The position numbers were made by a program, and so were the translations under genes. From NCBI GenBank assembly GCA_013239625.1, contig MU054187.1, positions 6,521,757 to 6,585,756 of the forward strand: a stretch of 64,000 nucleotides of DNA, given 5' to 3'. The stretch is from Lama guanicoe (Eukaryota). Below the pieces are notes generated by a model, which was given only the letters and a program-made list of their open reading frames with translations, did no database searches and was not told the origin of the DNA. Shown in pieces: positions 50,541 to 63,445 of the stretch (position 1 is its first letter; every line of letters starts with the position of its first letter).

Positions 50541-51294
50541 TGACCTCGGCCAGGAGTGCATCCTCACGAAAGTGCATCCTTTCCCTGGGCCTTCTCTGTC
50601 CCAGCACCCTGATTCATTTGCTTCCCAGCACTTCTCACTTTCCAGAACTTTCCATTTGCTTCCATGTTCATTGTGTGTATCAGCCCCACCAGCAACTTGA
50701 GCAGGGCTTCTCTGATTGGCTCAGCACCTACACGGATGCCCAGCTTGGAGAAGACACGATGCTGACTATCCAACGTGTGTGAGAGCTGTTGACACAGCCT
50801 TGGCAGACTCTCTGAAATGAGTATATAAGCAGCTGCCAGAGTGACAGACAGGTGCTTTTATATCAATTTCCTGTCTCTTTCATGTGAATACCTTGAAGGC
50901 AGAGACTTTTTTCCCTTCCTCATTTAGCATCTAGTATATGCTCAAAACTTTTGAAAAAAGGAATTGTATGACATACACTCTGACAAAATGTGAAGTAGGA
51001 GAGCTGGATGGCTTAGCTTTGAATTTCTGAAATATCTTCCCTCCCCTTGAAATCTTTTCCAGGTTTGAAGACAGATTTTCCTAAACAGACAGCTTTTCTC
51101 TAGTCATCAAGTAGGCATTTCATGAACTCCTTTGACTCTACGATATTACATCAACTAGTAAACAGAAGCAGGAATTTGGTTTGAATGAGCTACACATGAT
51201 GGTCCTTACTGTTCTTGAAGTAGCTGAAAACAGATTTCCTTTTAGGCAAACCTGGTGGGGGAAAGGTTCTAAATGCCCCACAGTTCTTTAGATA

Positions 51295-51465
51295 GGCAGC
51301 AATACTTTGAAAATTACCACGTGTGTACAAAACACCAGGGTCCTGTTAAAACGTAGATTCAGATTCAGTATGGCTGGTGGGTCTGAGGATCTGCATTTCT
51401 CAGCTGCTCCCAGGGGGTGCCCATGCTGCCGGTCTGGGGACCACACTTTAAGTGACAAAGCCCTA
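51295..51465. mobile_element. MER5A-like MITE
   Basis: cctgttaaaacgtagattcagattcagta...gatctgcatttct...gctgccggtctggggaccacacttt. Confidence 0.75.
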
Positions 51466-54400
51466 GATTGTAGTATTTTCCCATGTGCCAGCCTGGACAC
51501 AGATGTTCCTGGACTTATTCTGAAGGTTCTTGAAAAATTGAGTGTTTCAGGTTTTGAGAATTAAAAAAAAATTTTTTTAATATAGAATTTTAAAAATACA
51601 GATTAAAAGGGCTAAAAAATAGACAGATGACTATCCCCATGTGAGACAGAAAGTAGCTAAAACACACAGAGCTTAAATGATTTAGCCCAGATCGCAGGGC
51701 TGGTAGGTGGGAAGATAGTGTCAATTTAGTTCTCTTCCTGCAAAGTCCAATGCTCTGTCTCCTTTATCATGTCTGTTCTTGCACTTTTGTGTATTCATTC
51801 ATTTATTCCTTCATTCATCCTACAAGGGCTTACAGAGCATCTTTTTGGGGGCATTTGCCTTTGCTCAGACCACTGCCGCTATCTGGGATATCTGTTCCCC
51901 TGTTCCCATTGTTCCTGCCAGCCCTGATGTTACCCTTTCTTTAAGACACAACTGAAAAGCTTTCCATCCATCACACCATCTATGCGCTCTGCTGTCCCCA
52001 AACCCCATCCTGAGTGGGGAAGATACAGCTACTTGGGAAGTAAACGGACATTCAGGCTAACGTAGGCATATCAGGGAAGTTCTATTAACATCCCATCATT
52101 TAGATCCATTTAAGTCATTTGACTCAAAAATAGAATTCTGGAAGGTAGTTTTTATCAAGAACACTAGCCACCCTTTTCAAACTCAGGTGGAATGAGTCAG
52201 CCTCATTGTCTCAGCTGGTGGCAGCTTCTGGCATTTCTCTACCTGCTTCAGAACATCATATTCTACCAAAGTAATTCCACTGAGGGTGCGCACCGTCAAT
52301 GTCAGAGGGAGGAGAACCATTAGGAAAAATTAAGAATGCTCCGAAAGTGACTGGTGGCTCTTTGAGCCAGTCGAAATCTATCGAAAGATGACTCCATTCA
52401 AAGCAGGTGGGGCAGACACCTGCAGCCATTTGCTGTGTTGCTGCTTTAAGTTATGATTGATAGGAGAAAAAACCCTCCAGAAATAGCTGCATGCTAGAAA
52501 TGTATTGTTTGAACAATCCTCTGACCCTCTCAGGACACCCGAATCCACATTGAATGACCATTCCTCAAAACTCTGTAAACCTGCACACACACAGGAAGTA
52601 GGATGATGGCAAGGACAGTGACTTGCTGGGATACAGTTTGGGCCCTAAGACATCTGCAGACCTCACTCTGACGCCCGGCGTTCCTCTGAAGGATTTGGGC
52701 ACAACACACACTAATTATGACCTTGAATACTCTCATTGCTCAGGTGCACTAGGGTGAAATTGCTTCAAGGAATGCTTTGGTAAATTGCTTGGTAAAATTA
52801 AGAATCCTTTTGTAATGTAAATAATCTACTGCTCTATATCTGCTTTCTAAGTTTGTGGGGAAAGTTCCAAATTTTGGAGAGGAAAGGGGAAAAGTACAAA
52901 GGAGGAAGGGAGGAAGGAGGAGAGAGAGAGAGGGAGAGAGAGAGAGAGGGAGGGAGTGGGGGGGAAATGATAGCAGGAAAATTAAATGCGCCTCTCAAGG
53001 CAAGAGTGAAGCCTTGGTTGGGGTAGTCTGCTACACCACTGAGATAATGGTGGCTGAAACAGCTCAAATTACTCCAGGGCTTGCCCTTGAGGTTAAGCTG
53101 GCTTTCAGTGTTGGAAAGAGGACCCCAGAGAAAAGTCTGAAATGTTTATTTTAGCAGAAGTGTTAATCTTCGTGTGAAAAAGCAAAGCCACTGAATGAGG
53201 AGATTACCACCTAGAGTGATCTAGGCATCAAGATTGCAAGGCAAGTGGCTTCTCCATGGTTACTGCACAAAACGCACATGTCCTGAGCCCTCTGTTTACA
53301 AATGGTGGAGATGTTTTTAACAGTGAGCAGTTGATCAGTTTTCCCAGAGAGTATTTTGACTCAGCTAAATGGACTAAGGGCAAGATTCAAGAAGGGTGTT
53401 TCTCTTGGCTTCATTTCTTTGGGCTAGATTTTCAAAAAGGCAACATTTGCTTTCTGCTTTTCCAATGAATTTCAAATACTTCACAATATCATGTGTTACT
53501 TATATCAGATATTCATTGTGTGACCAGGTAAATGGAATTATACCACGCTGAAACTAAAGATGCTATGGTGACCTTCTCAATTAGGGAAAATGCAAACAAG
53601 AAAAAAAGACATTATGTTTGATTCCTCATGCTCAGTTCCTCATAACTGTTCAATTGTTACCTGCCACTTACCCAAGACAATTTATTGGCTGAGATGAGAA
53701 AACTAGCATTCTGTGTCCCTGTTGTCAGTGCAGGGATTAAAAAACCCCACATAGATCCAAATATGCCTCTAGGTGGAGGGAAGAGTCACCTGAATAAGGA
53801 CTGTGAATGGTGCCACTGTGTGAATGACAGCTTTTCCTTCCTTCCTTTCCTTCTAGAGCAAATGCACCTCTTCCCCCAAACATCCTCTTCTCTGGGCGCC
53901 AATCAGTTTGTGAGTCTATGGCTGAGTAACTGAAACAATATTTCCACTACAGAATGAGGGTTTCTGAATGTTTTGTCACAGTCCCTGGCATATAGCAGGA
54001 GGTGTTCACAAACATTTCTTACCATGAGTGAGTGTAAATAAGTGATTTTTTTTGAAAATTCAATATTTGAGATTTTATTGATTTTTTTCCCCCATGGCAG
54101 CTCCCGAAACAGGGGAAGGGAAAGTTTGGAAATGAATCCAATACTCCTGAAAATCACAGACAATAATTTGGATGGATAACGAATTTCTAGATCCAAAAGG
54201 ATGAAGACATGGTGATAATATGAGCCAAATTAAAAAAGATGAAATTTAATATTCAACCACACATTTTCAAGATAGGAGAGAAATGGTTTTAACAGCAGCA
54301 TGTGTAACGATAGCTAAAATTTCCTTCAGCTGTGTTACATGAGTGCCAGAAAGGCTAAGTCAAATCTAGATGCATTTTTTTATGCTTCAGGAGAAGCATA

Positions 54401-54574
54401 CAAAAAAGAAAAAAAAAACAGGAAGCAATAATTTCACTCTATTTTGAGGGCAGCCAGTTGATGAGATGCAGGAGAGTGTTAGTTAGAAACCTTGGCTCAA
54501 GAGGAGTTTGGATAGCCTTTGTGGGGACAGAGAGAGGGCTAGACAGCACTGGATGAATACTTAAAGGGCTGTTA

Positions 54575-54820
54575 TGTGGGCCAGATGGGTTACACCTATT
54601 CTGGTGGCCCCAGCAGACAGAATCAGAAAGAGCACATAGAAGTTGCAAAAAGACAGGTTTTAGTTCAACGAAAGAAAGAACTTTCTAGCCGAGCTGCTCC
54701 TCTAGGGGCTTGGAGGAGTGAATTTCTCAAGTCAGATATATTTCAGAAAAGGCCCCTTACTGAATATTTCCTAGTGGGTTGATCTAGATCACCTGCAAAG
54801 GTCCCTTCTAACTCTGTGGC
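54575..54820 (+). mobile_element. CR1/L3 LINE 3' fragment
   Basis: gaagttgc...caggttttagttcaacgaaagaaagaactttcta...tagatcacctgcaaaggtcccttctaactctg. Confidence 0.6.
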
Positions 54821-55094
54821 TGTGATTCTCTCACCATGTTGTAAAACAAAGCCAACTGGCACGAAGGAAGAGAAATGCAGTTTAGGGTCTATAAAGTGGA
54901 CCCGCTATCAACATCCTCCATCTTCACCGAAGCCTGGAGGGCAAAGCAATCAAGCGGCTGCTGTCCAAGGTGCTGGGCGGAGGTGGCTGCACGGGCAGCC
55001 GTACTCCTGTTTGTCATGTTTGTTTGTTTGTTTGAATGCCTTTTGGGTCTTTGGCTTTTCTGTTTCTCATACAAATCTATTTTCTGCTTCCCCC

Positions 55095-55095
<1 letters not shown>

Positions 55096-55127
<32 letters not shown>
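55096..55127. repeat. (AC)16 microsatellite
   Basis: Read directly. Confidence 0.9.
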
Positions 55128-55129
<2 letters not shown>

Positions 55130-55721
55130 ACCCACCACGGATCTTTCATTAAAGCTAAGATATATGTAGGTAATACATAAAAGAGTGGAACTACACTACT
55201 ACCTGGGGCTTCCCCTGCTCTGTCCCAGGAGCAAGTGAATCCATTTCATTTTCAAAGGTTACGCTTAGTACCTGAAGTTGGACTGTTTGACAGGATCGAT
55301 ATTTAGAGTAGAAACCCAGTTGTTTTGAGACAACTCTACTGATTTGCTTCTTGATTTCTTTATTCTCTACTTTCTACAGTACACACACATCCTGAATGGA
55401 GATATGGATCTTAGGCAGAAAATAATATTTACAGTGAGGTGGAAGGAACACTTAATATTTCAGCTAAACATCTCTGCCGCGTTAGGTACACCAAGGAGTA
55501 CTGTGATGGTGATAAACCTGTCCTACTCTCCATTCCCGATTTGTGTTGCCTTTCCTTTGTTACTTGATTTCCTTTTTGTCCCTTAGTTTTTTCCCATCCC
55601 CCAAATGGAGACAATAATATCACCCCTCCTTAAGGGTGTGAGAATGAAGTAACTCAGTACCTGTAAAGAGGTTACAACTATACCAGCTGCACAGACAACA
55701 AATATTAGTGTTATCATATAT

Positions 55722-56167
55722 TGTGTTTGGAATCACCAAGACCACCCTCAGATTTGATAATCTGCCAGAAGGACTCACAGGACTCAGAAAAGCCGTTACA
55801 CTCAGAGTTATGGTTTATTATAGTACAAGAATACAGGTTAAGCCCAGCAAAGGAAACAGGTGTATTGGGTGGAGTGCAAGTACACTGGACCAGTAGCAAG
55901 CTTCCAGTTGTCCTCCCAGTGGACTCACCTACACAGAGCTTAATTCTCTCAGCAATGACATGTGACAACACATAGGAAATGTCACCAACCAGGGAGACTC
56001 TCCCATGCCTTGGTGCCCAGAGATTTTTTTTGGGGGGGGAGGGGTCAATCACATAGGCATGCAAATCATATTGTTCAGAGGAGCCAGTCAAAGGACAGTC
56101 CTGAAGGCTTTTGGAATGTGGAGGGTTTGGGCAACTCAGGCCTACTGAGTTAACCATTCACTGCACA
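55722..56167 (-). mobile_element. Solo LTR of the MER21/MER68/MER77 (ERVL) group
   Basis: TG...CA termini (tgtgtttggaatcaccaagaccaccctcag ... caggcctactgagttaaccattcactgcaca), AATAAA on the minus strand (ggtttattat), imperfect 5-bp TSD tatat/tacat. Confidence 0.75.
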
Positions 56168-56439
56168 TACATGTAAATCTCGCTTATTTGAACAACCTAA
56201 TTCAACTATTTTCTTAATGTTTTGACTTTTTTTTAGTATGTGAACGTTGATTGAATATCTACCGTGTGCATAGCTCTTATAATCTTCTCTCTATAAAGCT
56301 GGGAAATAATTTCAGTTTCAATCCATGTTATAAACAGGAAATTGCTATTACTCCAATATAAGAGAACACATCAGAAAGTAAAAATCACTGCTGTAATTGC
56401 AACAGTGGTGATAAGAGTGCTCCATAATTTTGACTACAA

Positions 56440-56615
56440 TTGCTTGTCAAATGCTTTGTGTACAGTATTAGTTTTAGTCTTTCTCAACAACCCTGGAAGG
56501 TAGGTAATACCTCTGTTTCACAGGTGAGAGAATAAAGGCCCAAAGTTGTAAGAACTCCCCCAAGACCCTTCGGTCAGTAACAGGTAAGGTCTACATTTAC
56601 CATCTGACCTCAAAT
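56440..56615 (-). mobile_element. MIR SINE
   Basis: caacaaccctggaaggtaggtaat...tttcacaggtgagagaataaaggcccaaag. Confidence 0.65.
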
Positions 56616-57027
56616 CTCATGGTCTTAACATCACACATGATAAGTTTCCTATGACCTTGAGAAACAAAAGCTCTAAAAAGTGCTTTGAAACAGTGAAAAT
56701 CCAGCAAAATTTATTTGACTTTATAGATCTCAGGAGCAGTTGAATGTTTAGACACTGGGGCAGAGTTGTGGCTAGAACACATGTTCCTTCTACCAACAGA
56801 AGAGATTTCCGCAAAGAAGATTCCAAGTTGCCTCTCTCGATAGCAATGTGGTGTAGAAGACACAAAAGCACAGAAAAGAGGGATACAAAAGGGGGGGGGA
56901 GTTATGCAGTTATTTTGAGTGTCTTGGTTAATAAGGGGACATAAAATCTGAACGCCCTCCAATGTTCCAAAATGGTCACCATCATAAATTGTTTGTAATT
57001 GTGTCTTTTTCCTTCCCCTGTTATTAG

Positions 57028-57115
57028 ATCTCAGTCTGTGGTAGAAGCTGGGACCCTGAAACATGAGGAGAAGGGGGAGAATGAGAACACGCAGCCACTC
57101 CTGGCTCTGGACTGA
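57028..57115 (+). CDS. CLVS1: Clavesin-1 terminal coding exon (88 bp to TGA): (R)[28 protein letters not shown]
   Basis: ctttttccttcccctgttattag acceptor. The first base completes the AG/A Arg codon from the previous exon. TGA at 57113-57115. Ends in the LLALD clathrin-box characteristic of clavesins. Confidence 0.96.
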
Positions 57116-58140
57116 ACCCCGAGCCGCTCCACGCTCCTGCACATTGCCAGCCTTCAGTGGACTCAGCCACCAGGAAGCACGTGTGCAACTGACCCCACGA
57201 CACATGCGTTCAGCTCCCACAAGGGCCTCCACTCTTGCCACCCAGAAATGACTGTCACCAGCCATTGGTCTGAGCAACCAAAGTTGAACAAAGACTTGAG
57301 AGATGCTTTTTTTTTTTTCGATGAAGGAATTGGAGGACAAAGCAAGGCAGTTATGTGAACAAGGTTCCCCTCACTCCATATTCATGGCATTAAATGAACC
57401 GAAAAGAGAAAGAAATTAAATTTGATGCACTCATTTCATTAGGACCAGGATTTTTCTGAGGCATTGCAGAGACCCTCTCCAGTTTCTGCAATTTGAGATT
57501 AAGCGCATTTCCAAGTAGATACATAAGAATTAAACTGTGCAGACACAATTGTCAAGTTTAAAGTCCTGCAAGGCCCCCAAACAACAGTATCTTCAGTAAT
57601 TTCCATTCCTATATTGAATTATTTTCTTCGACCTCATCACCAGCATCAAATTTCAAATTGTTCAGTCTCAGAGCACATTTTTGTAGGTCTATTGTTTGCA
57701 GAGTTTATTTTGATATCCTGCAAAACATGATTTTGACGTCACATCTTTGGTCAGGCCACCAGCTGATTATCATGAGCTGATTTTAAACAAAGACATACAT
57801 TTTGAAATATGACTATTTCATCTTAGCAATGTGACTCCCCACAAGAAATGTGTGTCTGCAGGATGGGGGGGTCTCATTGAAAATACATGTCAGTGATTAA
57901 TGAAGCCATTCAAGTTGCCTCACTTGGGTCACTACAGCAAAGAAAAGTGCCACAAAAGCATTAAACAGCCCCCACTGCCCCCAGCTCCTCCTGCAACCAG
58001 TTAAAGGTGTGGAGCAAGGGCCTGGCTGTTGCTGAGAAGGCAGATATCAATCATGGAGGAAGACCCTTAAGGATGGCTGAATAGGTAAGACCTGAAAATA
58101 AGAGAAGACTGGGAATGCAGGCTGAAATGCCAAAGATCAT

Positions 58141-58146
58141 TTTATT
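58141..58146 (-). terminator. Candidate distal poly(A) signal of ASPH
   Basis: The minus strand reads AATAAA-ATGATCTTTGGCA-TTTCA...TCTTCTCTTATTTTC: CA dinucleotides about 12-18 nt downstream, then a U-rich element. Confidence 0.55.
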
Positions 58147-59125
58147 TCTTTGTTATCCTTAGAAATGGAGTCCCCAACTATCAATTAAAAGGAAATTAGA
58201 TAAAAATGAACAGGTAGCATCGGACATGATATCCTTACATGTGCCATGTCTCCCCAAACCAGCTGTATGTTTTTAGTGACCTCTTAACTCTCCCAGCCGT
58301 CTGCACGACAGGGGTCTTCATTAATATGACCAGTTGGTACTCAATGTCAAATAAAAAGTATTTTAGTTGATAATGAGCAGTATTTGGGAGGGTTAATTTG
58401 TTAGCTAAAAAATTCAAAGGAAAGAGGTGATTTGACTGACCATGATCACCCTCAACAGATGTGATTACTAATCATAATCACTTATTACATCTCTTTCTCA
58501 ACGATTTCTACTGACAGAGAACAATAACAGAAGTGACTTTTGTTTTCCACCCTTGAAATAAAATCAAAATAGAATTTAAAATATTTCGCCATTAATTGCA
58601 TCACAGTACAAATAGAACCAATTCATTTTGTGTAGACATTTCAAATAACAAAATAGTGACATTGAAATAATTCTACCAATGCAGTGACTGAAACACTTTT
58701 CTTATAGTCCAGGATACATAGGAGAGAAAGATGAAGAATTAAAGTGAATTAGAAAACCCATTTTATTACTTGAGTTTATAAAATAGTTGTGGGATCCAAG
58801 TATTTGAAATGCGACTGGAGTCAATTGTTGCCAACATTTTGCAACAGTAATAATTCTGGCTTTTCAATTGGCAATATTTATAATCCTACTGTAGTGACCT
58901 GATTTTAAATACCATAATATAATTACAAAGTTAAGAGCTAGTTTTTACTCTATCCCATGATTTCATTAAATGAATGTAAGATGATGGTTCAACAATGACA
59001 ACGTACACTTTGAATTTCTTCATGTGTATGCAACATACATACAAGAACAAAATTCAGTAAGTCACATGAATGTTATCACATGAACACTGGATTGTATTGT
59101 CCTTTGTCAGTCATTTCCTCTGTTC

Positions 59126-59131
59126 AATAAA
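59126..59131 (+). terminator. Candidate distal poly(A) signal of CLVS1
   Basis: AATAAA followed by a CA dinucleotide and then CCTTTTTACTTTT...TTTTTTCTT, a U-rich downstream element. Confidence 0.6.
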
Positions 59132-60836
59132 TACTGAAGGACATAAATGCCTTTTTACTTTTCAAGAATTTACTTTTTTCTTCTGGACTTTGGTAATTAA
59201 TTCTGATATTTTTCCACATATACTTCCTCATCTGTTTTAGTGAGATTTTTCCAATATTGGAAAGATAGAAGGAAACAAGACAAATATTCTGTAAACTCTT
59301 TGACCAAAACTAATGTCCTGAAGGACAAGCAAAAGGGGTCCCATTTCAATGAAAAAACAACAAAACAACAACACAAAACTATGTTTTAAATGAAATAGAG
59401 TTTCCTCCTTGTCCTTCAATGGGAAAGAAAACACAAGTGCTTTTTCTACCTGCGAAGGAAATCTGGTTAACCTGCGTGTCATTTCTTCAGCAATTTTGTT
59501 CATATTGGCTAAAAATTCAGTGCATGAATATCATTACATTCTTACAGCTAACATTTCCAGTTAGCTTTGAGTTAAAAAACACAAAATTTAATGCATTAAT
59601 ATTCTCCTAAATTAATGACGTGATCATCTTTGGAACAAGTAGGCAATGGTTATTTCTATGCTGTGGGTAATATTAAAGCTAAACTATCAATGATAATTGC
59701 CATCTCAAAGTGAGGTTTAAATGGCAGAAGTTTCTCAAGCCACGGAGAGGTCAGAGTCTTCCAAACAATTACAAAGAGGAAAGCAATTTTGACCTCTTAC
59801 TCCCAGGACAAAGGTCCTGGCAATCTTGGTCTTCCACTCTACCATCCTTCATATTTTTACAAAATGGCGATGGAAATCCTCTGAAGGACCTTGTCACTCA
59901 CAAAGATCCGCAACAGAAGACACTCTGGATTCCAACCCAGTTTCAGAGACAGCTCCCTGCCACCTGATCCCAAGAGAAAGTCTTCACTTGGAGAACTTTT
60001 ACTTTTTTTTTGCTCCCAATGCCTAATATTTGGCACTGAAATATTTACATATGTCATCTTTATAACTCAATATAAAATGATTCCAAGTCCTTTTTCAGTG
60101 TAAGAAGTTCTCCTTAGAAAGAAATACCATTTTGACAGTATCTCCACCACTCACAGAGCAAGGAGAGAAATTAAGACACCAGCTCTCCATGAAGACAAAA
60201 AAGCAAACAGACTCAAAGGGGAGAGGGCGGAACAGTTTGTAGATACTGGCATAATTATGTCTTTCTCCTTTGTATTCGGAAAATAGGATTGCCTTTTTCA
60301 TATGAGTGCCTTTTACTAAAAATAATTAAAAGAGGGAGTCTGAGTTCACGGTTAAACAGCAAGAAGTAAAGTATTTACGCAGCTTGTTGTTAAAATCAAC
60401 AAGGAAGGAAGTAGTGGTATGTGACGCTAGAATCGTCTCACTACCCTAGAAAAATACACTTGCATAGAAAAATTAGAAGCTAAAGCAATCCATTCACAGT
60501 TTCTACATGTACTCTCATTTACACTGATTTCACTTATTCTGAGTGGAAAAAATATCTTTGGCTGGCAAGGTAGATACGCTATCACGTGTTCACCTTGAAT
60601 ATAGGCATCAGATCAGGGCTGTCACAGATGAAGTATGGCAGGTGTTTTCTATGAGAATTGCAGCGAGGCAAATACTCCCTTTTGTGTCTTCCAACCCTAG
60701 GAGGAGGTTTAGAACTTTTCAGGCTGCAAATCAAGGGAATTAAGGGCCTTGGTGTTCGAACGTCTGTGCCCACACCCGAGGAGATGGAGCCAGAAGGGCA
60801 ACCTGTCTGCATGTCCTGAGCCTGCACAATGACGTG

Positions 60837-60987
60837 TTAAATCGCAGGAAGGCTGCGTCTCTGCTGGGCTGTCAGCTCTGGGTGCCACACATCCACGATG
60901 AAGATCAGCCGGAAAGACGCGGCGTCCTGCCACACCTCGTGCTCAAAGGAGTCGTCAAAGATGAGTACCTTGCCTTCTTCCCACGCC
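60837..60987 (-). CDS. ASPH: Aspartyl/asparaginyl beta-hydroxylase terminal coding exon (151 bp): AWEEGKVLIFDDSFEHEVWQDAASFRLIFIVDVWHPELTAQQRRSLPAI*
   Basis: Minus-strand acceptor cttattccattccag (plus ctg 60988-60990), TAA at 60839-60837. W.EG..LIFDDSFEHEVW....R..FIVDVWHP is the C-terminal Asp/Arg-hydroxylase (2OG-Fe) motif, including the distal Fe-ligand His and the 2OG-binding Arg. ASPH is the known convergent neighbour of CLVS1. The ORF track misses this exon. Confidence 0.96.
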
Positions 60988-62326
60988 CTGGAATGGAATA
61001 AGATGGCAGCCTGTGATCCGATGCCTGAGGGTCAATCCATGTCTGTGTTCAGGAAAGCACTCTCATGATAACCTTTGCAACAGGACACCAAGCCAGGATT
61101 TAGTCTTTCTTTGGTGATTAAGAAAGAATTTCAGGATTCTAACCATGAACATCAGTTTTCAATGCTCAGTACTGGAAGTGTACAAAAGGGCAGGTGTTAA
61201 GGGCAAATTTAACCCCCCCCCCTTTTTTTGAAATTGTAGAAAGGCTTTGCTAGATGTTTTTATAAATGGCCAAGCGGATGGATCTTTCCAAACCATAGCA
61301 CTAATCATATCATTCCGTGGTTGGAAAAAGCCTTCAGTGGATCCACAATATTGCCTTTTTCTTTCTTTCTAAACATTCTGTAGAAATACGAAGTACGGAA
61401 AAGCGGCACATCCTAATCCGGACAAACTTTCACAAGCTGAGAACACACAGGGTTCTAGCGTCCAGATCAAGAACTAGGACCTGACTAGCACCTCAGACCC
61501 CTTCCAGTCACTTCCTCCAAAAAGGTAGTCAGTATGCTGACTTCTAATAGCACAGATTTGAAGGGCAAACTTATACTTGGTACAGCTGTAGGCAAGGCTT
61601 GTTAGATGGGCAGGCAGCGGCTCATTCCCAAGGCGACCTCCCAGTCAATGGCTCCTGGGTATCCTCCCTGAGTTTCAGGGACGAGCGAGGACCTACAGAC
61701 AGCAACTGGCTCTAAGGCATCTCCACACCCTGCAGGACACCTGGGGGTGTCTGTGCAACAGCAAATGATTCTCTTTTCAACCTATTCTATTTGTTAAAGT
61801 TCCATTTTAGGGAAAGGCAGATTGTTTATATTTCTAATGTTACCAGCTACGCAAGTGAGTTATCCGTGGAATATTTTAAATCAATGCTGACAGCACTACT
61901 TTTTAAGGTTATCTGTGTAGGAGCTAAGATCTAAATATGGTGCTAGTCTAAATCAAGCAGTCAAGAGAGAACTATGCAGGCGGCAATCATGTGATGCTTC
62001 CAAACCCAAAGAAAATTTATTAGCTATGCTAACGTTTTCTTCCTTTTCAAATAGGTATTAATTGCTAATACCTTAAATGCTAAGCTATGCTTTTAAAATG
62101 AAATTTTTACTAGGAAATTTTCTCTAGATATTAAAATTCCTCTCAAGCATTTCAAAATTTATATCCTGGATTAGCAAATAATTAAAATTATAGGAGGGAA
62201 AATTCTAGCTTGATTTCAAGTTACTTGCATCATTATAAGGAAGTTCTCCTTGAGGAAATTATTTGTCTTTTATGTTCATTACTAGGTGATTGATCAATAT
62301 TAAATTAGGTAATATTACATACTGCA

Positions 62327-62540
62327 CAGTTTTTCAACCCTGGCACTATTGACATTTTTGCCGGATGACCCTCTGTTGTGGGGGCTGTCCTGTGCTCTGT
62401 AAGACGTTTAGCAGATCTCTGGCCTCCACCCGCTGGATGCTAGGAGCACTTCCCCACCAGCTGTGACAATCAAAAACGTCTCTAGTCATTGCCAAACGTC
62501 CTGGGTTGGGGGGCCGTGAGTTGGGAGGCCAGTTTGTCCC
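62327..62540. mobile_element. MER20 (hAT-Charlie) MITE in the ASPH last intron
   Basis: tcaaccctggcactattgacatttt...tgttgtggggctgtcctgtgc...gtgacaatcaaaaacgtctctagtcattgccaaa. Confidence 0.85.
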
Positions 62541-63233
62541 AGACATACTAACGAATATGACAATAAAACTTCCAAATACTTAAAATAACAAATATCTGGT
62601 CACACCATTCACCAATATTGTGTAATTCCTCAATTTCTCAAATTATTATAATTAATGATAATGGGGTAGTGGTCGCAGCTCAGGCCTAATAGCCATCATT
62701 TTGTCACAGAATTGCTATCAACATTAGTAACGTCAAACAACGATATAGGTGCCCAGAGAGTATTCCACCTAAAAATGTTACAGATCACGTCTCGGGGATC
62801 GCTGCTAAATGCCCTGAGGCAGCAAACGACATGGTTATAATTTTCCAGCAAAGCAATCACAGGGGGGTTAGTTCAGATGCCTGCATGGACATCGCGATTC
62901 TGTGGAGGAAGCAGAAAGGAACGAGGCTGGCTTCGTTACAGCCTGAACCTTTAGCTCAAGATCACGGTACTGGGGAACATTCTTAGCATCTGTAGCTGCT
63001 ATGCTGAGGTGGCCCGGAAGGCTGAGCGGAATGGAGAAGAGGGTCAAAGGGCTCGGGAATAAGGCTACTGTAATACAGCTCTTCTTAATTCTGACCTGCA
63101 GAAGGTCCTCAGTGCTGGCTGCACTGGAAACCTTGCACACACTGGAACTGAAATGCAAAACTGCATCATTACCACGTCTCTTCTCTCTCCCCTCCTAATA
63201 ATACAGACAGAAATATACACACACATAGTTTTC

Positions 63234-63263
<30 letters not shown>
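63234..63263. repeat. (CTGT)n microsatellite
   Basis: ctgtctgtctgtctgtctgtctgtctgtct. Confidence 0.9.
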
Positions 63264-63264
<1 letters not shown>

Positions 63265-63299
63265 CAGGGACATTTTTTCTGGAAGCTATGACATCTGTG

Positions 63300-63445
63300 T
63301 TCTTGTTCTGACTGCTACTAACTAGCCACGCGTCTGTGACAAAGCGCTTCACCTGGGGGCCTCAGTGTCCCCATCTGTGCAACGATGGAGGTGGACAAGG
63401 TGGCCTCCAGGGCTCCTTTCAGCACCGAAATTCTCTTCATTCTCT
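63300..63445 (+). mobile_element. MIR/MIR3 SINE
   Basis: ctgctactaactagc...gggcctcagtgtccccatctgtgcaacg...ggctcctttcagc. Confidence 0.6.

Larger units (their letters stand above)
57116..59150 (+). other. CLVS1: CLVS1 3'UTR (end approximate)
   Basis: Follows the stop codon and is AT-rich with no recognisable repeats. AATAAA at 58350-58355, 58557-58562 and 59126-59131; the last is followed by a U-rich tract. Confidence 0.65.
58125..60836 (-). other. ASPH: ASPH 3'UTR (long form; end approximate)
   Basis: Downstream of the ASPH stop. Minus-strand AATAAA at plus 58762-58767, 58141-58146 and 57704-57709; variant ATTAAA at 59587-59592. Confidence 0.55.

Noticed and set aside
56711..57340. 209-aa minus-strand ORF antisense to the CLVS1 terminal exon
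   Set aside because: It starts at a non-ATG codon, shows no recognisable homology and has no supporting splice or promoter signal.
60709..60933. 74-aa minus ORF over the ASPH exon
   Set aside because: It is an alternative frame; the conserved ASPH frame ends at TAA 60839-60837.
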